A DNA stretch of 59,080 bases from Acidobacteriota bacterium (GCA_040755335.1 JBFMAU010000001.1:1-59080); one strand, 5' to 3'. Counted from the stretch's first letter, positions 19,729 through 29,347 are shown. Notes: a model not told the origin generated them from the letters alone. Numbers and translations are program-made.

Positions 19729-21948
19729 CTATCGCGAACGATACTGAAAGGTCACTCGCGTTTCTTCTTCAAGCACCAGCGGGCGGACGAATCTGTAAGA
19801 CTTGCCCGCGCGCGGCACATCGACCTGAACCGGAAGGATGCCTGCCACCTTCTTTTGAAGGCTGAAGACATTTTGCGAAGGCGCGTTTACTCTCGCTTCC
19901 AAAGCCTTGCGCGACTCCTCTTCTATCTTCCGCAGTTCACGCTCTGAATCTCGCCCGCCTGCCGTTACTGTCACTGTCTCCGCGGCGCTGCCCGCATTGA
20001 GCGACACGCCCAGTCGAGCCGAGCGGGATGAATCGAAATTCATCTCCTGCTGAAAGGACTTGAACCCCTGCGAGTCTACTCTGACTTGAACCGGGCCTGA
20101 TCGCATCCCTGATATCACCCATCGCCCTTCCGCATCGCTCGTGGTACTTCGTTGCAGTCCGGTTTGAGTGTCGGTGACAGTGACGGTCGCCCCCGAAATG
20201 ACTGCTCCCTGCTGGTCGATGACGATGCCTCCGATCTGTCCCGCCCTCAGACTCGCTATGTCGATCTCGCTTTGCGCCCAGATGCTTTGCTCGTCATCGG
20301 ACACTTCTCCGCCAGCGGCTAATGCGTCCTGCGCTCTTGCGGGAAAGAGGCTGGCCGTAAGCGCGTTGCCGCCGAATTGTTTCACTTCCAATCGATCAGG
20401 CAGAAAAACTTCCCACGTCACGAGGCTCACAGGCATATCGAGTTTCGGAACGCTCAGTTCATAAGCGCCGCTCTTCGCAAACGGCGCTCCCGCGCTCAGG
20501 TACACGAAAGAAACCGTGTATGCTCCCGACGGGCGAAAGCCTACGCGAAGCAGAGGGACGCGACTTCCGTCCGCGCCCTGCACAGGCTTCACCTTTTCCC
20601 CTGCGACTTCGGCAGACAACAGAGAGGCCCCCTGCGGCAGTTCCACTTTCACAAACGGTTGAGCATGATTTCTCACCCTCAACGTCACTTCCGTAAGCGA
20701 CTTCCCTTCGACGTTGAGCAGAGTGGTGATGGTCTCGCGCTCGGCTATCGCCGACAGCACCGCGCCATCAGGAAACTGATTCCATTCGAGCATCAGGCGC
20801 GGAGAGTCGCCCGGACGACGGTGATAACGAAACGCTGCCTGAAGCGGAAATCGAGAGAGGGATCGAGTGACCGCTCCGGCTTCGCGGACATCGATTCGTC
20901 TCAGCCCGCCGCTTTCCGCAGCGGTCAATTCTATCGTCCCTGCGCCTTCGACAAGCACTTCGCCCGTCTCGCCCTGCGCTCCCTTGAAGGAGATGAAAGG
21001 CGCGTCGAGTTTGTTCTCTTCGCTTCGCTTCTCGATGGCTATCAGGAATTGATGCGCGCGGCGCGATGGCTCTCGCACTTTCAAAACCATCTCGCCCGCC
21101 TCCACGCTGCTCGAATCCAGCGTGCTGCCCGACGCTTCAGTCACTTCGAAGCCTGCTGGCAGAGGCACTCTCAATTCCGCAGGCTCGCCCTGAATCACTC
21201 GAATGTCGCACAAAGCGGCGATTCTCAAATCAGAATCGCCAACGGATACGAGCGTTTTGACATCGGCTGTGAATCGCGCCTCGCGTTGCGAGACGGGAGC
21301 CGCGACTTCTCTCGTAGTCCACCACACCTTCGCCGCTTTGCCCGCTTCGAGCGTCGCCTCGATTACGGTGTGACCATTCGAAGACGCGCGAGATGTGACG
21401 AGTCCCGGCTCAACGCGCACATCGGCGTGATTGCCGGGTATGTCTAACACGAGCGACGAGCTTGCAGCCGCGGGGACGGGAAGAGTGAAGGACGCGCGCC
21501 CTGCATCTACGGTGAGAGCCGACGCCACGTTCAATGAAATCGCAAACGCTCCCGGCCCTGTCAGGACGGCTGTTTGTTTCTGCCCCTCCTGAACGAGCGG
21601 CAGAGGTTTTTGTTTCTGCTCGGCTTCGATGATGGTAAGCCCCGCGATGAGAGGGACCATCGTCGGGCCTTTCTGCAAAAGGCTGCCATCGATGTTCAAC
21701 GCGCCCGTCACTCGCTCTTCATCGACGCGAAGATTGAAAGCGGCGCGCGACAGGATGAATGGAAGCGGCGGCGCATCAGGAGACTTGGGTTTGCGCGCGG
21801 CCAGATCGAGCAGGCGGTTGTATTCGGCCAGCGTGAGCGTGACGGTTCCGGGCAAGCCCTGAGTCGAAATTCTTTGAACGGGCAAACTGCGCTCCTGCCC
21901 GCGGGCGACTACGGCTAAAAGCATAAGAGCGATAAAAGTCTTTTTCAT
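19729..21948 (-). CDS. Large secreted protein of unknown function with a CarboxypepD_reg-like domain near the C-terminus; paralog of the upstream gene
   Basis: Signal peptide MKKTFIALMLLAVVARG. The segment GGIVIDQQGAVISGATVTVTDTQTGLQRSTTSDAEGRWVISGM is a carboxypeptidase-regulatory-like fold motif. The N-terminal, middle and C-terminal blocks align with the 21945..23846 protein. Confidence 0.7.
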   Translation of the reverse strand: MKKTFIALMLLAVVARGQERSLPVQRISTQGLPGTVTLTLAEYNRLLDLAARKPKSPDAPPLPFILSRAAFNLRVDEERVTGALNIDGSLLQKGPTMVPLIAGLTIIEAEQKQKPLPLVQEGQKQTAVLTGPGAFAISLNVASALTVDAGRASFTLPVPAAASSSLVLDIPGNHADVRVEPGLVTSRASSNGHTVIEATLEAGKAAKVWWTTREVAAPVSQREARFTADVKTLVSVGDSDLRIAALCDIRVIQGEPAELRVPLPAGFEVTEASGSTLDSSSVEAGEMVLKVREPSRRAHQFLIAIEKRSEENKLDAPFISFKGAQGETGEVLVEGAGTIELTAAESGGLRRIDVREAGAVTRSLSRFPLQAAFRYHRRPGDSPRLMLEWNQFPDGAVLSAIAERETITTLLNVEGKSLTEVTLRVRNHAQPFVKVELPQGASLLSAEVAGEKVKPVQGADGSRVPLLRVGFRPSGAYTVSFVYLSAGAPFAKSGAYELSVPKLDMPVSLVTWEVFLPDRLEVKQFGGNALTASLFPARAQDALAAGGEVSDDEQSIWAQSEIDIASLRAGQIGGIVIDQQGAVISGATVTVTDTQTGLQRSTTSDAEGRWVISGMRSGPVQVRVDSQGFKSFQQEMNFDSSRSARLGVSLNAGSAAETVTVTAGGRDSERELRKIEEESRKALEARVNAPSQNVFSLQKKVAGILPVQVDVPRAGKSYRFVRPLVLEEETRVTFQYRSR

Positions 21949-23846
21949 TTTTCACCTCTCTTTCTGTCGCGCTGGAAATCCAGTTCCAGGACGGGAGTCT
22001 GATTTTCGCTCGTCAACTCGGACACCAGAAAAATCGAAGGGCCGAAATGAGGAAACGCGATGCTTACCGGCAGGTTTCGCGTCGGACGCGATGCGCGCGA
22101 TTGTTGAAGACGCTGAACCGCTTCCGATGCGACGGCTTTCTCTTCCACTGCGCCCGACGATGCCGTTCGCAGAGACGGCGATGCGGGCGGCGCGAACGTA
22201 GCGAGGCGGAAGCTTCCCGGCGCAGGCGTGAGTCGAAAGAGCGGCGAGTGATGAAGCAGCAGGCTCGATTTCGATATGGGCATATCGAGCGTCAGAAAAG
22301 AGAGCCGCGCCCTCCCCTTCCCGCTCCATGAGGGAACGCGATCAATATAAGCTACTTCGACGGCGAAGGCGGGCGACTCGTCTCCGGTCTTCATCTTTTC
22401 GAGAGGAATGAGCAGCGATCCGTCAGGCGCGCGCCCCGGTCGCAAAGGGCGGCCAGACACGGACACGCTCCAGAGCGTCGCGCCTGCGGGCAGATTGAAT
22501 TTGAGAAAGCTTCTCTGATTGTTTCTGACGGCCAGCCGCGCGGAAACCAGCATCTTGCCGTCTTCGGTTACGAGCGCGCGATAAGCGGCTTCTTCGACGT
22601 TGGCCGTAAGCACTGCCTGCGGCGTGTAGCGCGCGACCAGAAGCGAAAGCGAGCGAGTTGATTTGCCGTCAGCCGGTCGAAGACGAAATGCGACGAGCGA
22701 GGGCGATTGTCTGCTCGATATCAACTGGCCCAGATCAGCCGCTTCCGTTTCTTCCATGCCTGCGGCTTTGCGGTCTTTTATCTCACCCGCTCCAAGCACC
22801 TCGACTCCGACTCCTCCCATCTCACGCTCTGCCGCTGAGAGTCGAATGAGAGGGATATCGATTTGGCCTTCGCGGGCCAGTCTCATTTCTCCGCTCAGAG
22901 TGAATCGAGTCGACTGCTGCACAGATTCAAGAAAGATGACGATCAATTCATTGCTCGATACATACCAGTCGGCGACCATCGCGCCTGAAACCTGATCGAC
23001 GTTGAATTGCGCGGGCAATTGCAACCGGACATCTTTAGCCACGCCTTGCAGCGCTTCGATCTGAACTTCAGCGTTGATCTGCGTATTGTCTTCTCCGAGT
23101 CCGATGAGTTGAGTGAGCGCGGCGCGCAGGCGGAGCGATTGCACGGCTCGCAGGTCTTCGACTCTGCGCTTCCATGCAAAGGTTAAAGGTTCGCCTCCTC
23201 GCGCGTGCGCGACCCAGCGACTACCCGTCGCGGTGTCGGATCGATCAAGCAGAAGCCCGCCTGTGACTCTCACATCCACGCCGCGGTCTGACTTGGCCGC
23301 AAGCGTGACGACTGCGCGAGAGACTGCCGCTCTGCTTACGGGCAGGCGAAGCATTTCAGTTCCGGCGGTGGTTGAAACCGGCGCGACTATGCCGAGTGTG
23401 AGGACTGCGCGGCCCGCGCGGGAAAGGAGTAGATATTTTGTACTTGGCCCTTTTTCCGCCGCTGCGGTGACGAGAGAGACGGGCTGACCGTCGAGGCGCG
23501 CTTCGCTTATCATCAACCCGTCAGGCATAGCCACGCGCGCCCAGCCTTCTTTAATCACGTCTATCGTGAGGCGAGCTTCTCCTCTTGCGATTTCGCCTTC
23601 GACCCGAAGATCGTAATCGAGACGAGTGAGCGTGGCATCGAGCGGGGGAGGTTCGGGGTCAGGCTCGGTGGGGAAGGCCGCGCGTCGCAAAGCGCGATAG
23701 TCATCTACGGGAAGCACAACCCAGCCTTCGGTCGGATTTTGAGCCGGACATAAAGCGGCTGAGAGAATGAGAAAGGCTGTCACGCAGCCTAGTTTGGTCG
23801 GCAGACGTAGCGCCGACAGAGAGATTGTTGCGCGGATTTTTTTCAT
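21945..23846 (-). CDS. Large secreted protein of unknown function (paralog of 19729..21948)
   Basis: ATG at 23846 with an AAGGAG SD and a signal peptide. Its stop overlaps the next start as ATGA (21945-21948). Shared blocks include ARLAVRNNQRSFLKFNLPAGATLWS versus VTLRVRNHAQPFVKVELPQGASLLS, and LDMPIS versus LDMPVS. Confidence 0.7.
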   Translation of the reverse strand: MKKIRATISLSALRLPTKLGCVTAFLILSAALCPAQNPTEGWVVLPVDDYRALRRAAFPTEPDPEPPPLDATLTRLDYDLRVEGEIARGEARLTIDVIKEGWARVAMPDGLMISEARLDGQPVSLVTAAAEKGPSTKYLLLSRAGRAVLTLGIVAPVSTTAGTEMLRLPVSRAAVSRAVVTLAAKSDRGVDVRVTGGLLLDRSDTATGSRWVAHARGGEPLTFAWKRRVEDLRAVQSLRLRAALTQLIGLGEDNTQINAEVQIEALQGVAKDVRLQLPAQFNVDQVSGAMVADWYVSSNELIVIFLESVQQSTRFTLSGEMRLAREGQIDIPLIRLSAAEREMGGVGVEVLGAGEIKDRKAAGMEETEAADLGQLISSRQSPSLVAFRLRPADGKSTRSLSLLVARYTPQAVLTANVEEAAYRALVTEDGKMLVSARLAVRNNQRSFLKFNLPAGATLWSVSVSGRPLRPGRAPDGSLLIPLEKMKTGDESPAFAVEVAYIDRVPSWSGKGRARLSFLTLDMPISKSSLLLHHSPLFRLTPAPGSFRLATFAPPASPSLRTASSGAVEEKAVASEAVQRLQQSRASRPTRNLPVSIAFPHFGPSIFLVSELTSENQTPVLELDFQRDRKRGEK

Positions 23847-23918
23847 ACGGGTTTCTCCTTTGTTCGTCGTGAAGCAAACCGTTTCGTCGAGTGAGAAGCG
23901 ACGTTCTCATCAGAAAAA

Positions 23919-23993
23919 GTGGCGCAAGACTCGTCTTGCGTGTTCCCCGATTTTCATGCTTTCCAGTCATGCGCAATCCGTCAGATTGCGCCA
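23919..23993 (-). repeat. Double-hairpin element, family D (copy 1)
   Basis: GTGGCGCAAGAC-tcg-TCTTGCG ... GATTTTCATGCTTTCCAG ... ATGCGCAATC-cgtca-GATTGCGCCA. It lies 73 nt upstream of the 23846 start. Confidence 0.85.
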
Positions 23994-24015
23994 TATCAAA
24001 GACTCCTCAGAAAAG

Positions 24016-24094
24016 GTACAGTAGGCTGCCAGCCTGCTGATGCCTCAAATTTTCATGCTTTCAGGGCGCGGGCAGGCTGGCCGACGGTTGTACA
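24016..24094 (-). repeat. Hairpin element, family E (copy 1), presenting AATTTTCATGCTTTCAGG in its loop
   Basis: Outer TGTACA...TGTACA, stem CCAGCCTGC / GCAGGCTGG. The loop core is identical to the one at 33369-33386. Confidence 0.8.
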
Positions 24095-24609
24095 CAAACG
24101 ACTCCTTCGTTAAGAGTCGCGACGAGCGATATTTTCATGGGCTGGATTCGATTTACTGCTTGCCGCTTCATGCGGTCTAGTGGAAGGAACGACTCAGGCC
24201 ATGTCGTTTGCGCGAATCGAAGAGAGCGGGACTCGGCGGGCCGTCGAATGATCAGCCCTTCTTCCCCAGGCGGGTGAGAATAAAAATGGCTGGCTGATGT
24301 AAGAGCGTGTTGAGGAATGGCCGCTTGCCGCGAAGCGGCTCGAAGAAGGTAGCCAGATGTGAAACATCTGGAACCGCGGCGTCATCCCGCTCCGCGTTGG
24401 AGACGCGGCCAGATTCTGGCGCTCCGCGAGAGCGCGAAATCTGAATGCTTCGGACCAGACGTTGCACGTCTGGCTACCTTCGCACTGCGCCTTTGGCGCA
24501 AGATCTGAATTTCTCAACACACTCTGAGCGTTTGCCTGAGCCAGATGCTTTTCGTCACCAGTTTTGTCGACTCCCATCCCGATGAGAGTCGACAAGACTG
24601 TGCGAGCGT

Positions 24610-25665
24610 TCAAGGCGTCTGTTGCAGCTTGCCGCCTCTGGCCGAGAGCATGAGCTTTATCAACTCTTCAGTGACTTTCGGCTCAAGCCCTTCGGTGTGT
24701 CCCTTGTCGAGGCGAACTACATCGGCGACTATGCGTCCGTCCTTGCAATCGGGATAAACAGAAACGTGAGCCTTGCCCGGAGCGGGCAGGAGTCCCCAGC
24801 CCGGACGCAGCAGATTCAATCGCGTGCTGTCATAGACGTAGCCTGCCCTGGTATCGACTACATCCACTGGCGCGCGTCGCGGGCCGCAGGCATATTTCTT
24901 CGCCCACTCGGAAATCTCAGGCACGCCTTTGTCGTCCACCTCGCGCTGGCCCGTCGAGTAGATGAATGAAAAATCTACGGCGGGAAGCTCGCGCAAAGCA
25001 GCCATCGCCTGTGCCATCGCGCTGCTGCCGCCAGGAGGGGCGGCGGGAGCCGCGCCCGGAGCCGTCGGAGCGAAAGTCGCCGAGCGACCGGGATTGCCAC
25101 CCAACCGACCGCCCGACAGACTCAGCCAGCCATCGACTTTGCCTTTGAAAAAGTCTGTGCGGATCAATCGATTCGATGTCATCCCGCCCTGCGAGTGGCC
25201 GACGAGCCAGAAAGCTTTTATGTTCTCTCTGCCGATCTGCTCGATGACGAAAGTGACGATGTTCTGCAAATACTCATCGTCTGCCGCAGACCACGCTCGC
25301 GTCGGAGCGTTGGGAGTGGCGACGACTAAGCGATACTTGTTGACGTAATCGAGAAGCGGGAAGTAATGGCGTTGCCAGTTCCCATAAGAGCCGCCGCCGT
25401 GAAGGCTGAGTATGAAGGTGACTTTCTCGCCTTTCTTCAGATCGCACGGATAATCGAGAAAGTATGTGCGGCGCGTCTTCATCTCGACCACGTTTCCCTG
25501 ATTTACAACTGTGGCTCCCGAACATTCCCTGTCGGGGCAGTGCAGGTAAGCGGGGTCGGCGCAGGGCGCGCCCGGAAAACGAAAAGGTTGTTCCTGCGCT
25601 GTGGCTGATCCCGCCATAGCTATGATGATTGCCAACAGCTTTATCAACTTGAGAGACTCTTTCAT
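24610..25665 (-). CDS. Exported alpha/beta-hydrolase (esterase/depolymerase-like)
   Basis: ATG at 25665 with an AAGGAGG SD and signal peptide [23 protein letters not shown]. Nucleophile elbow LVGHSQGG, and an LSLHGGG oxyanion-type motif. Confidence 0.75.
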   Translation of the reverse strand: MKESLKLIKLLAIIIAMAGSATAQEQPFRFPGAPCADPAYLHCPDRECSGATVVNQGNVVEMKTRRTYFLDYPCDLKKGEKVTFILSLHGGGSYGNWQRHYFPLLDYVNKYRLVVATPNAPTRAWSAADDEYLQNIVTFVIEQIGRENIKAFWLVGHSQGGMTSNRLIRTDFFKGKVDGWLSLSGGRLGGNPGRSATFAPTAPGAAPAAPPGGSSAMAQAMAALRELPAVDFSFIYSTGQREVDDKGVPEISEWAKKYACGPRRAPVDVVDTRAGYVYDSTRLNLLRPGWGLLPAPGKAHVSVYPDCKDGRIVADVVRLDKGHTEGLEPKVTEELIKLMLSARGGKLQQTP

Positions 25666-25686
25666 ACAGTTTCCTCCTTGGAAATC

Positions 25687-25750
25687 GTGGCGCAAGCTCG
25701 CGAGCTTGCGCCAGTACTTTCAGGACGCGCAATGTGACGGATTGTGCCAC
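25687..25750 (-). repeat. Double-hairpin element, family D (copy 3, shorter)
   Basis: GTGGCGCAAGCTCG/CGAGCTTGCGCCA is a perfect palindrome, followed by CTTTCAGG and then GCGCAATGtgacggATTGTGCC. It begins 22 nt upstream of the 25665 start. Confidence 0.8.
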
Positions 25751-25806
25751 ATCACATGAATTTTCGATGGGCGTCAGGTCTGCGACCTGCCAGCTTGTTT
25801 TCAACT

Positions 25807-27465
25807 CTACTCGTCACCGGGGAGAGGCGTTGTTCGATTGGCCTCGCCGCGTTTTTCCATAACCCGTCTGACCTCGCCCGTCGGATCATTCTCCACGCGA
25901 CAGGGCGTGTTGAAGATCATCACCGCGCGTTTGTCCGTCGTGTAAGCGGGCCAGACAGGCAGCCCCTTATGATTCGGATTGCCTGCGCGAGCCAGCGCGG
26001 CCCACGCTCCTGCGCTTGAGGCTTCGAGCCTCTTCATCTGCGCATTGATGGGGCCGACCATGCTCTGGCATTGATCGATGTGATTGAAGACGAATGGAAT
26101 CTCCATCGTGTGCGGCGCGCGCAAACTCATCACCGCAGTTTCCCACTCCCAGACATAAAGATAGGTCGGCGCTTTGCCCAGCGCCGCGCGCCGTTCGGCC
26201 AGTCGGATAGAATTCATCGCCGCGGCATCGCCCGTGATGTTAGTCGAGAGTTCATAGGGCGTCGCTTTCGGATAGCGTTTGCGATAGCTGGCGATGATTC
26301 GCTCGGCTTCATCGCCCAGCACGCGCCTGACGTTTTCCAGTAGCCCCGCTTCGTCCAGTTTGCCGTAGTCGGGTGAGTCTATTTCGTAGACCGTGCGTTC
26401 AGTCCTCGTGTAGCCTACGATCACCGGCACATCCGCCGAAAGCGGAGTCGCCACCGGGTCGAAGGGATTCGCGGGCAACACCCGACCATCGACGACTGTG
26501 CCGAAGCGCGCACGATTCCCTGCTTCCATCAATTTGTCGAGCGGAATCTGTTGAAGCTCGCGCCCCTGTCCCGGCTTCAGCCCAAGCTCTTTCAATAAAG
26601 TTTCCGTCGCCTTGTTGGCCGCCTCGCGCGTGCCGCCGCGCAATGCAGCGCCGCTTTGAATCACCGCGCTATGAAACAATCCTCTTGCTGAAGGCATCGC
26701 GAGCAATGTCGAAACCTTCGCGCCGCCGCCCGACTGGCCGAAGATCAACACGCGGTTCGGGTCTCCTCCGAATGCGCTGATGTTGTCGCGCACCCATCTG
26801 AGAGCCGCGACTAAATCCTGCTGTCCGACATTGGCAGAGTCGGCAAAATCCGCGCCGCCCAGTTCAGCCAGATACAGATAGCCCAGCGCATTCAAGCGAT
26901 GATTGACCGTCACCACGACGACATCCTGATGACGGGCCAGCCCTGCGCCGTCGTAGCCGATAGATCCGCCCGTACCCTGATCGAATCCGCCTCCATGAAA
27001 CCAGACCATCACGGGCCGCTTGCGCGCGTCGCCTAGTCCTCGCGTCCACACGTTGAGATAGAGACAATCCTCGCTGAAGTCGCCTCTGTTGGTAGGCCTC
27101 AGCACGCTGAAAAACTGGCGTTGCTTTTCGCCGCGCGGACGATTGGATTGCGGAGCGTAATGGCCGAACTCGAATGCATCTCGCACGCCTGTCCACGGTT
27201 CGGGAGCTTTGGGCGGCAGGAAACGATTCGCGCCTCCGGTAGGCGCGCCGTAAGGAATCCCTTTGAAGATGTGCAGTCCCCCAACTCTTCGCCCGCGCAC
27301 CTTGCCTGAGTTGATCGTGACGACAGGAGTCACGGCGTTCGACGTATCGGCACGCAGCAGGCCGGGAATAAAAATGCTCACCGTCGCCGCCTGCGCGGTC
27401 GTGATCAGAAAGGAGCGACGATTCATGCCATGGCTTTCGCTTCGTTGATTCTGCTTTGCATTCAT
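25807..27465 (-). CDS. Carboxylesterase type B (PnbA-like) with a twin-arginine signal
   Basis: [17 protein letters not shown] Tat-like motif. [17 protein letters not shown] nucleophile motif, and a YLNVW / WFHGGG oxyanion region. Confidence 0.88.
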   Translation of the reverse strand: MNAKQNQRSESHGMNRRSFLITTAQAATVSIFIPGLLRADTSNAVTPVVTINSGKVRGRRVGGLHIFKGIPYGAPTGGANRFLPPKAPEPWTGVRDAFEFGHYAPQSNRPRGEKQRQFFSVLRPTNRGDFSEDCLYLNVWTRGLGDARKRPVMVWFHGGGFDQGTGGSIGYDGAGLARHQDVVVVTVNHRLNALGYLYLAELGGADFADSANVGQQDLVAALRWVRDNISAFGGDPNRVLIFGQSGGGAKVSTLLAMPSARGLFHSAVIQSGAALRGGTREAANKATETLLKELGLKPGQGRELQQIPLDKLMEAGNRARFGTVVDGRVLPANPFDPVATPLSADVPVIVGYTRTERTVYEIDSPDYGKLDEAGLLENVRRVLGDEAERIIASYRKRYPKATPYELSTNITGDAAAMNSIRLAERRAALGKAPTYLYVWEWETAVMSLRAPHTMEIPFVFNHIDQCQSMVGPINAQMKRLEASSAGAWAALARAGNPNHKGLPVWPAYTTDKRAVMIFNTPCRVENDPTGEVRRVMEKRGEANRTTPLPGDE

Positions 27466-27486
27466 AGTTCAATCCTCCTTCGAAAA

Positions 27487-27567
27487 GTCTGGAGTCGAGA
27501 GCCTGGAGTCTGGAGCCGGAAGCCAAATGTCGGAATAAAACCACTGACCACCGACCACTGACCACTG
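27487..27567. repeat. Two adjacent heptamer tandem arrays: (GGAGTCT/GAGAGCC)n and (CCACTGA/CCACCGA)x4
   Basis: GTCTGGAGTCGAGAGCCTGGAGTCTGGAGCC at 27487-27517 and CCACTGACCACCGACCACTGACCACTG at 27541-27567, in the spacer between two esterase-locus genes. Confidence 0.85.
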
Positions 27568-29223
27568 CTACTGCGGCGGTCGCGTCGGATCGACTTCAGA
27601 CGGTCGAGGCCGCTGAGGGACTGTGGCTGGAGCCGACTGAAGCTCTTTCATATCAGCCAGCATCAACTCACCTGTGAGTTGAGCAAAGGTCGCAACCTGA
27701 CGGCAGAAGTGACTTGCGTCGAAGCGATCAATGCGCGCCGAGGTAGCCCAGTAAGCTCCCATCGAACCCATTATGGAAAAGCCCGGTTTGTTGATTCGAT
27801 TCGCCAAACTTCCGAGTCCATACCATGTGCCTTGCGGTTTTCCATTCCTGCCCGCTCTTGCAGGCACGCGAATGAAAACGCCTTTCAGGCGGTTATCCTT
27901 GACGGCCTTGAGCGCCAGGGCCAGCATCTTGTCGTTGTTCGTCACCCAGAAGTTATGCAGGTCTGTGCGACCGCTCGGCACAAGCCTGCTGCCCTCTTCG
28001 CGGTATTCGATCTGGCCAAGATGCTCCATCCCCAAAACGGCGACGACTTTATCTTTGTAACCGGGATTCTTCGCCAGCCAGTCCTGCCCGGCGAAAGCCC
28101 GCTCGCCTCCCGGCATGTAGTGGCGGTTATCGATGAAAAACATGAGAGTGCGCGGGCGTTCGGCTCCAGGGATATTCGAAAAGTATTTCGCTATGGCCAG
28201 CAAACCGAAAGGCCCGTCGTCCTGCGAAATCGAAGGCCCGTCGCTGTGCGTCGTAAACATAATCATTTCGTCCTCGGGCGTGCCGTAGTTTTTACCCGGA
28301 AGATAACTGATCAACTGCCACGTTTCGGTCGGCGTGATTTCGGCTTGCAGGCGCAGGGTCGCTCGCGCCCCCCGTTTCGCATCTTCTATGACCTGCGCTC
28401 CGGCTTCGCGGTCGAGGTAGAGAGTCGGCGCGTTGTAAAGCTGCGGAACGGGGAATGTGTACACACCTGACATCAATTCATACCCGGCATCGAATACGAG
28501 AAGGATGCCCGCCGCTTTGCCCTGCACAGCCGCGCGTATGAGACCGCCCGCTTGAGGCAACTGCGCCCAGATGCGGGAACCGGCAACTTTGTAGTTGAGG
28601 TCTGGCGGAATGGGTTTGCCCGCAATGGGCCAGCTATCCTCCACAGCCGGATACTCGTAATCGTTGCCTAAAATATTTTCCTGCATCTCGCGAGAGAAGT
28701 CCGGCTGAAGGACGACAATCTTTCCTTCAATGTTTTCAGGCGGATTCTTTGCGTCGTAGTAGATCAAATCCGCCGTGATGCCTTCGGCAGCGGTCGAGCC
28801 GGAATAGCAGCCGTAGCTTGCGACTTTGATCTTGCGGCCATTCGAGACAAGCGACCAAAGCGAATCGTCGGGCCAATCGGAAGTGCGCCAGCGATTATAA
28901 GTGAAAGCGTTGTGCGTTATGTCGACCGCTCCGTACTGCTTCAGCTTTCGTTCGACAAACTCCATGTAATTTTCCCACGACGCATTGCCCGAAAGAGCAG
29001 GGCCGAGTTTGTCTTTGAGCGCATGCCATTCGCGCGCTTCCTTCGGTGTGATGACGAACGCTGCGTTGATCTGATTGAGCGGTTTTTTAGTCTTTGATTG
29101 CGCGGCGATCTGAAGCGCGATTGTCAGCGACACGACGAAGCAGAGCGCAAGCGTCGAAATTCGATTCGAGATCGAAAGATGTTTCTTCACGACCGTCTCT
29201 CCTTTCGCTTCGGTTCCTCTCAT
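27568..29223 (-). CDS. Exported M28-like / PA-domain protein (function uncertain)
   Basis: Signal-anchor ISTLALCFVVSLTIALQIAAQ. GKIVVLQPD is a PA-domain-like strand. THSDGPSISQDDGPFGLLAIAKYF aligns in pattern with the HxD...DDxxG metal motif of M28 peptidases (compare gene 2806..4179). Confidence 0.5.
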   Translation of the reverse strand: MRGTEAKGETVVKKHLSISNRISTLALCFVVSLTIALQIAAQSKTKKPLNQINAAFVITPKEAREWHALKDKLGPALSGNASWENYMEFVERKLKQYGAVDITHNAFTYNRWRTSDWPDDSLWSLVSNGRKIKVASYGCYSGSTAAEGITADLIYYDAKNPPENIEGKIVVLQPDFSREMQENILGNDYEYPAVEDSWPIAGKPIPPDLNYKVAGSRIWAQLPQAGGLIRAAVQGKAAGILLVFDAGYELMSGVYTFPVPQLYNAPTLYLDREAGAQVIEDAKRGARATLRLQAEITPTETWQLISYLPGKNYGTPEDEMIMFTTHSDGPSISQDDGPFGLLAIAKYFSNIPGAERPRTLMFFIDNRHYMPGGERAFAGQDWLAKNPGYKDKVVAVLGMEHLGQIEYREEGSRLVPSGRTDLHNFWVTNNDKMLALALKAVKDNRLKGVFIRVPARAGRNGKPQGTWYGLGSLANRINKPGFSIMGSMGAYWATSARIDRFDASHFCRQVATFAQLTGELMLADMKELQSAPATVPQRPRPSEVDPTRPPQ

Positions 29224-29284
29224 GGTAGTGATAAAAAGTAATGCTGAACTACGACGAATGCCAGTAGCTCCCAGCGACAGGTTT

Positions 29285-29347
29285 CCTCACCGCAGAGAGG
29301 GGTTCTCTGCGCTGTCTCTGCGCTCTCTGCGCCTCAGCGGTGAAAAG
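29285..29347. repeat. CGCAGAG/CTCTGCG palindromic REP-like element, family A (copy 1)
   Basis: TCACCGCAGAGAGG...CTCTGCGCTGTCTCTGCGCTCTCTGCGCCTCAGCGGTGA, with inverted ends TCACCGC / GCGGTGA. Confidence 0.85.

Noticed and set aside
23966-23993. TGGCGC...TTGC in the family-D hairpin (minus strand) looked like a sigma-54 -24/-12 promoter.
   Set aside because: The GG-to-GC spacing is about 18 nt, not the required 12. The sequence is explained by the hairpin palindrome.
24194-24613. 139-aa ORF that appears to overlap the stop of the hydrolase gene, which would suggest coupling.
   Set aside because: The start is a TTG with no SD. The sequence (…SSSRFAASGHSSTRSY…) is not protein-like. The region is better explained as hairpin-dense non-coding DNA.
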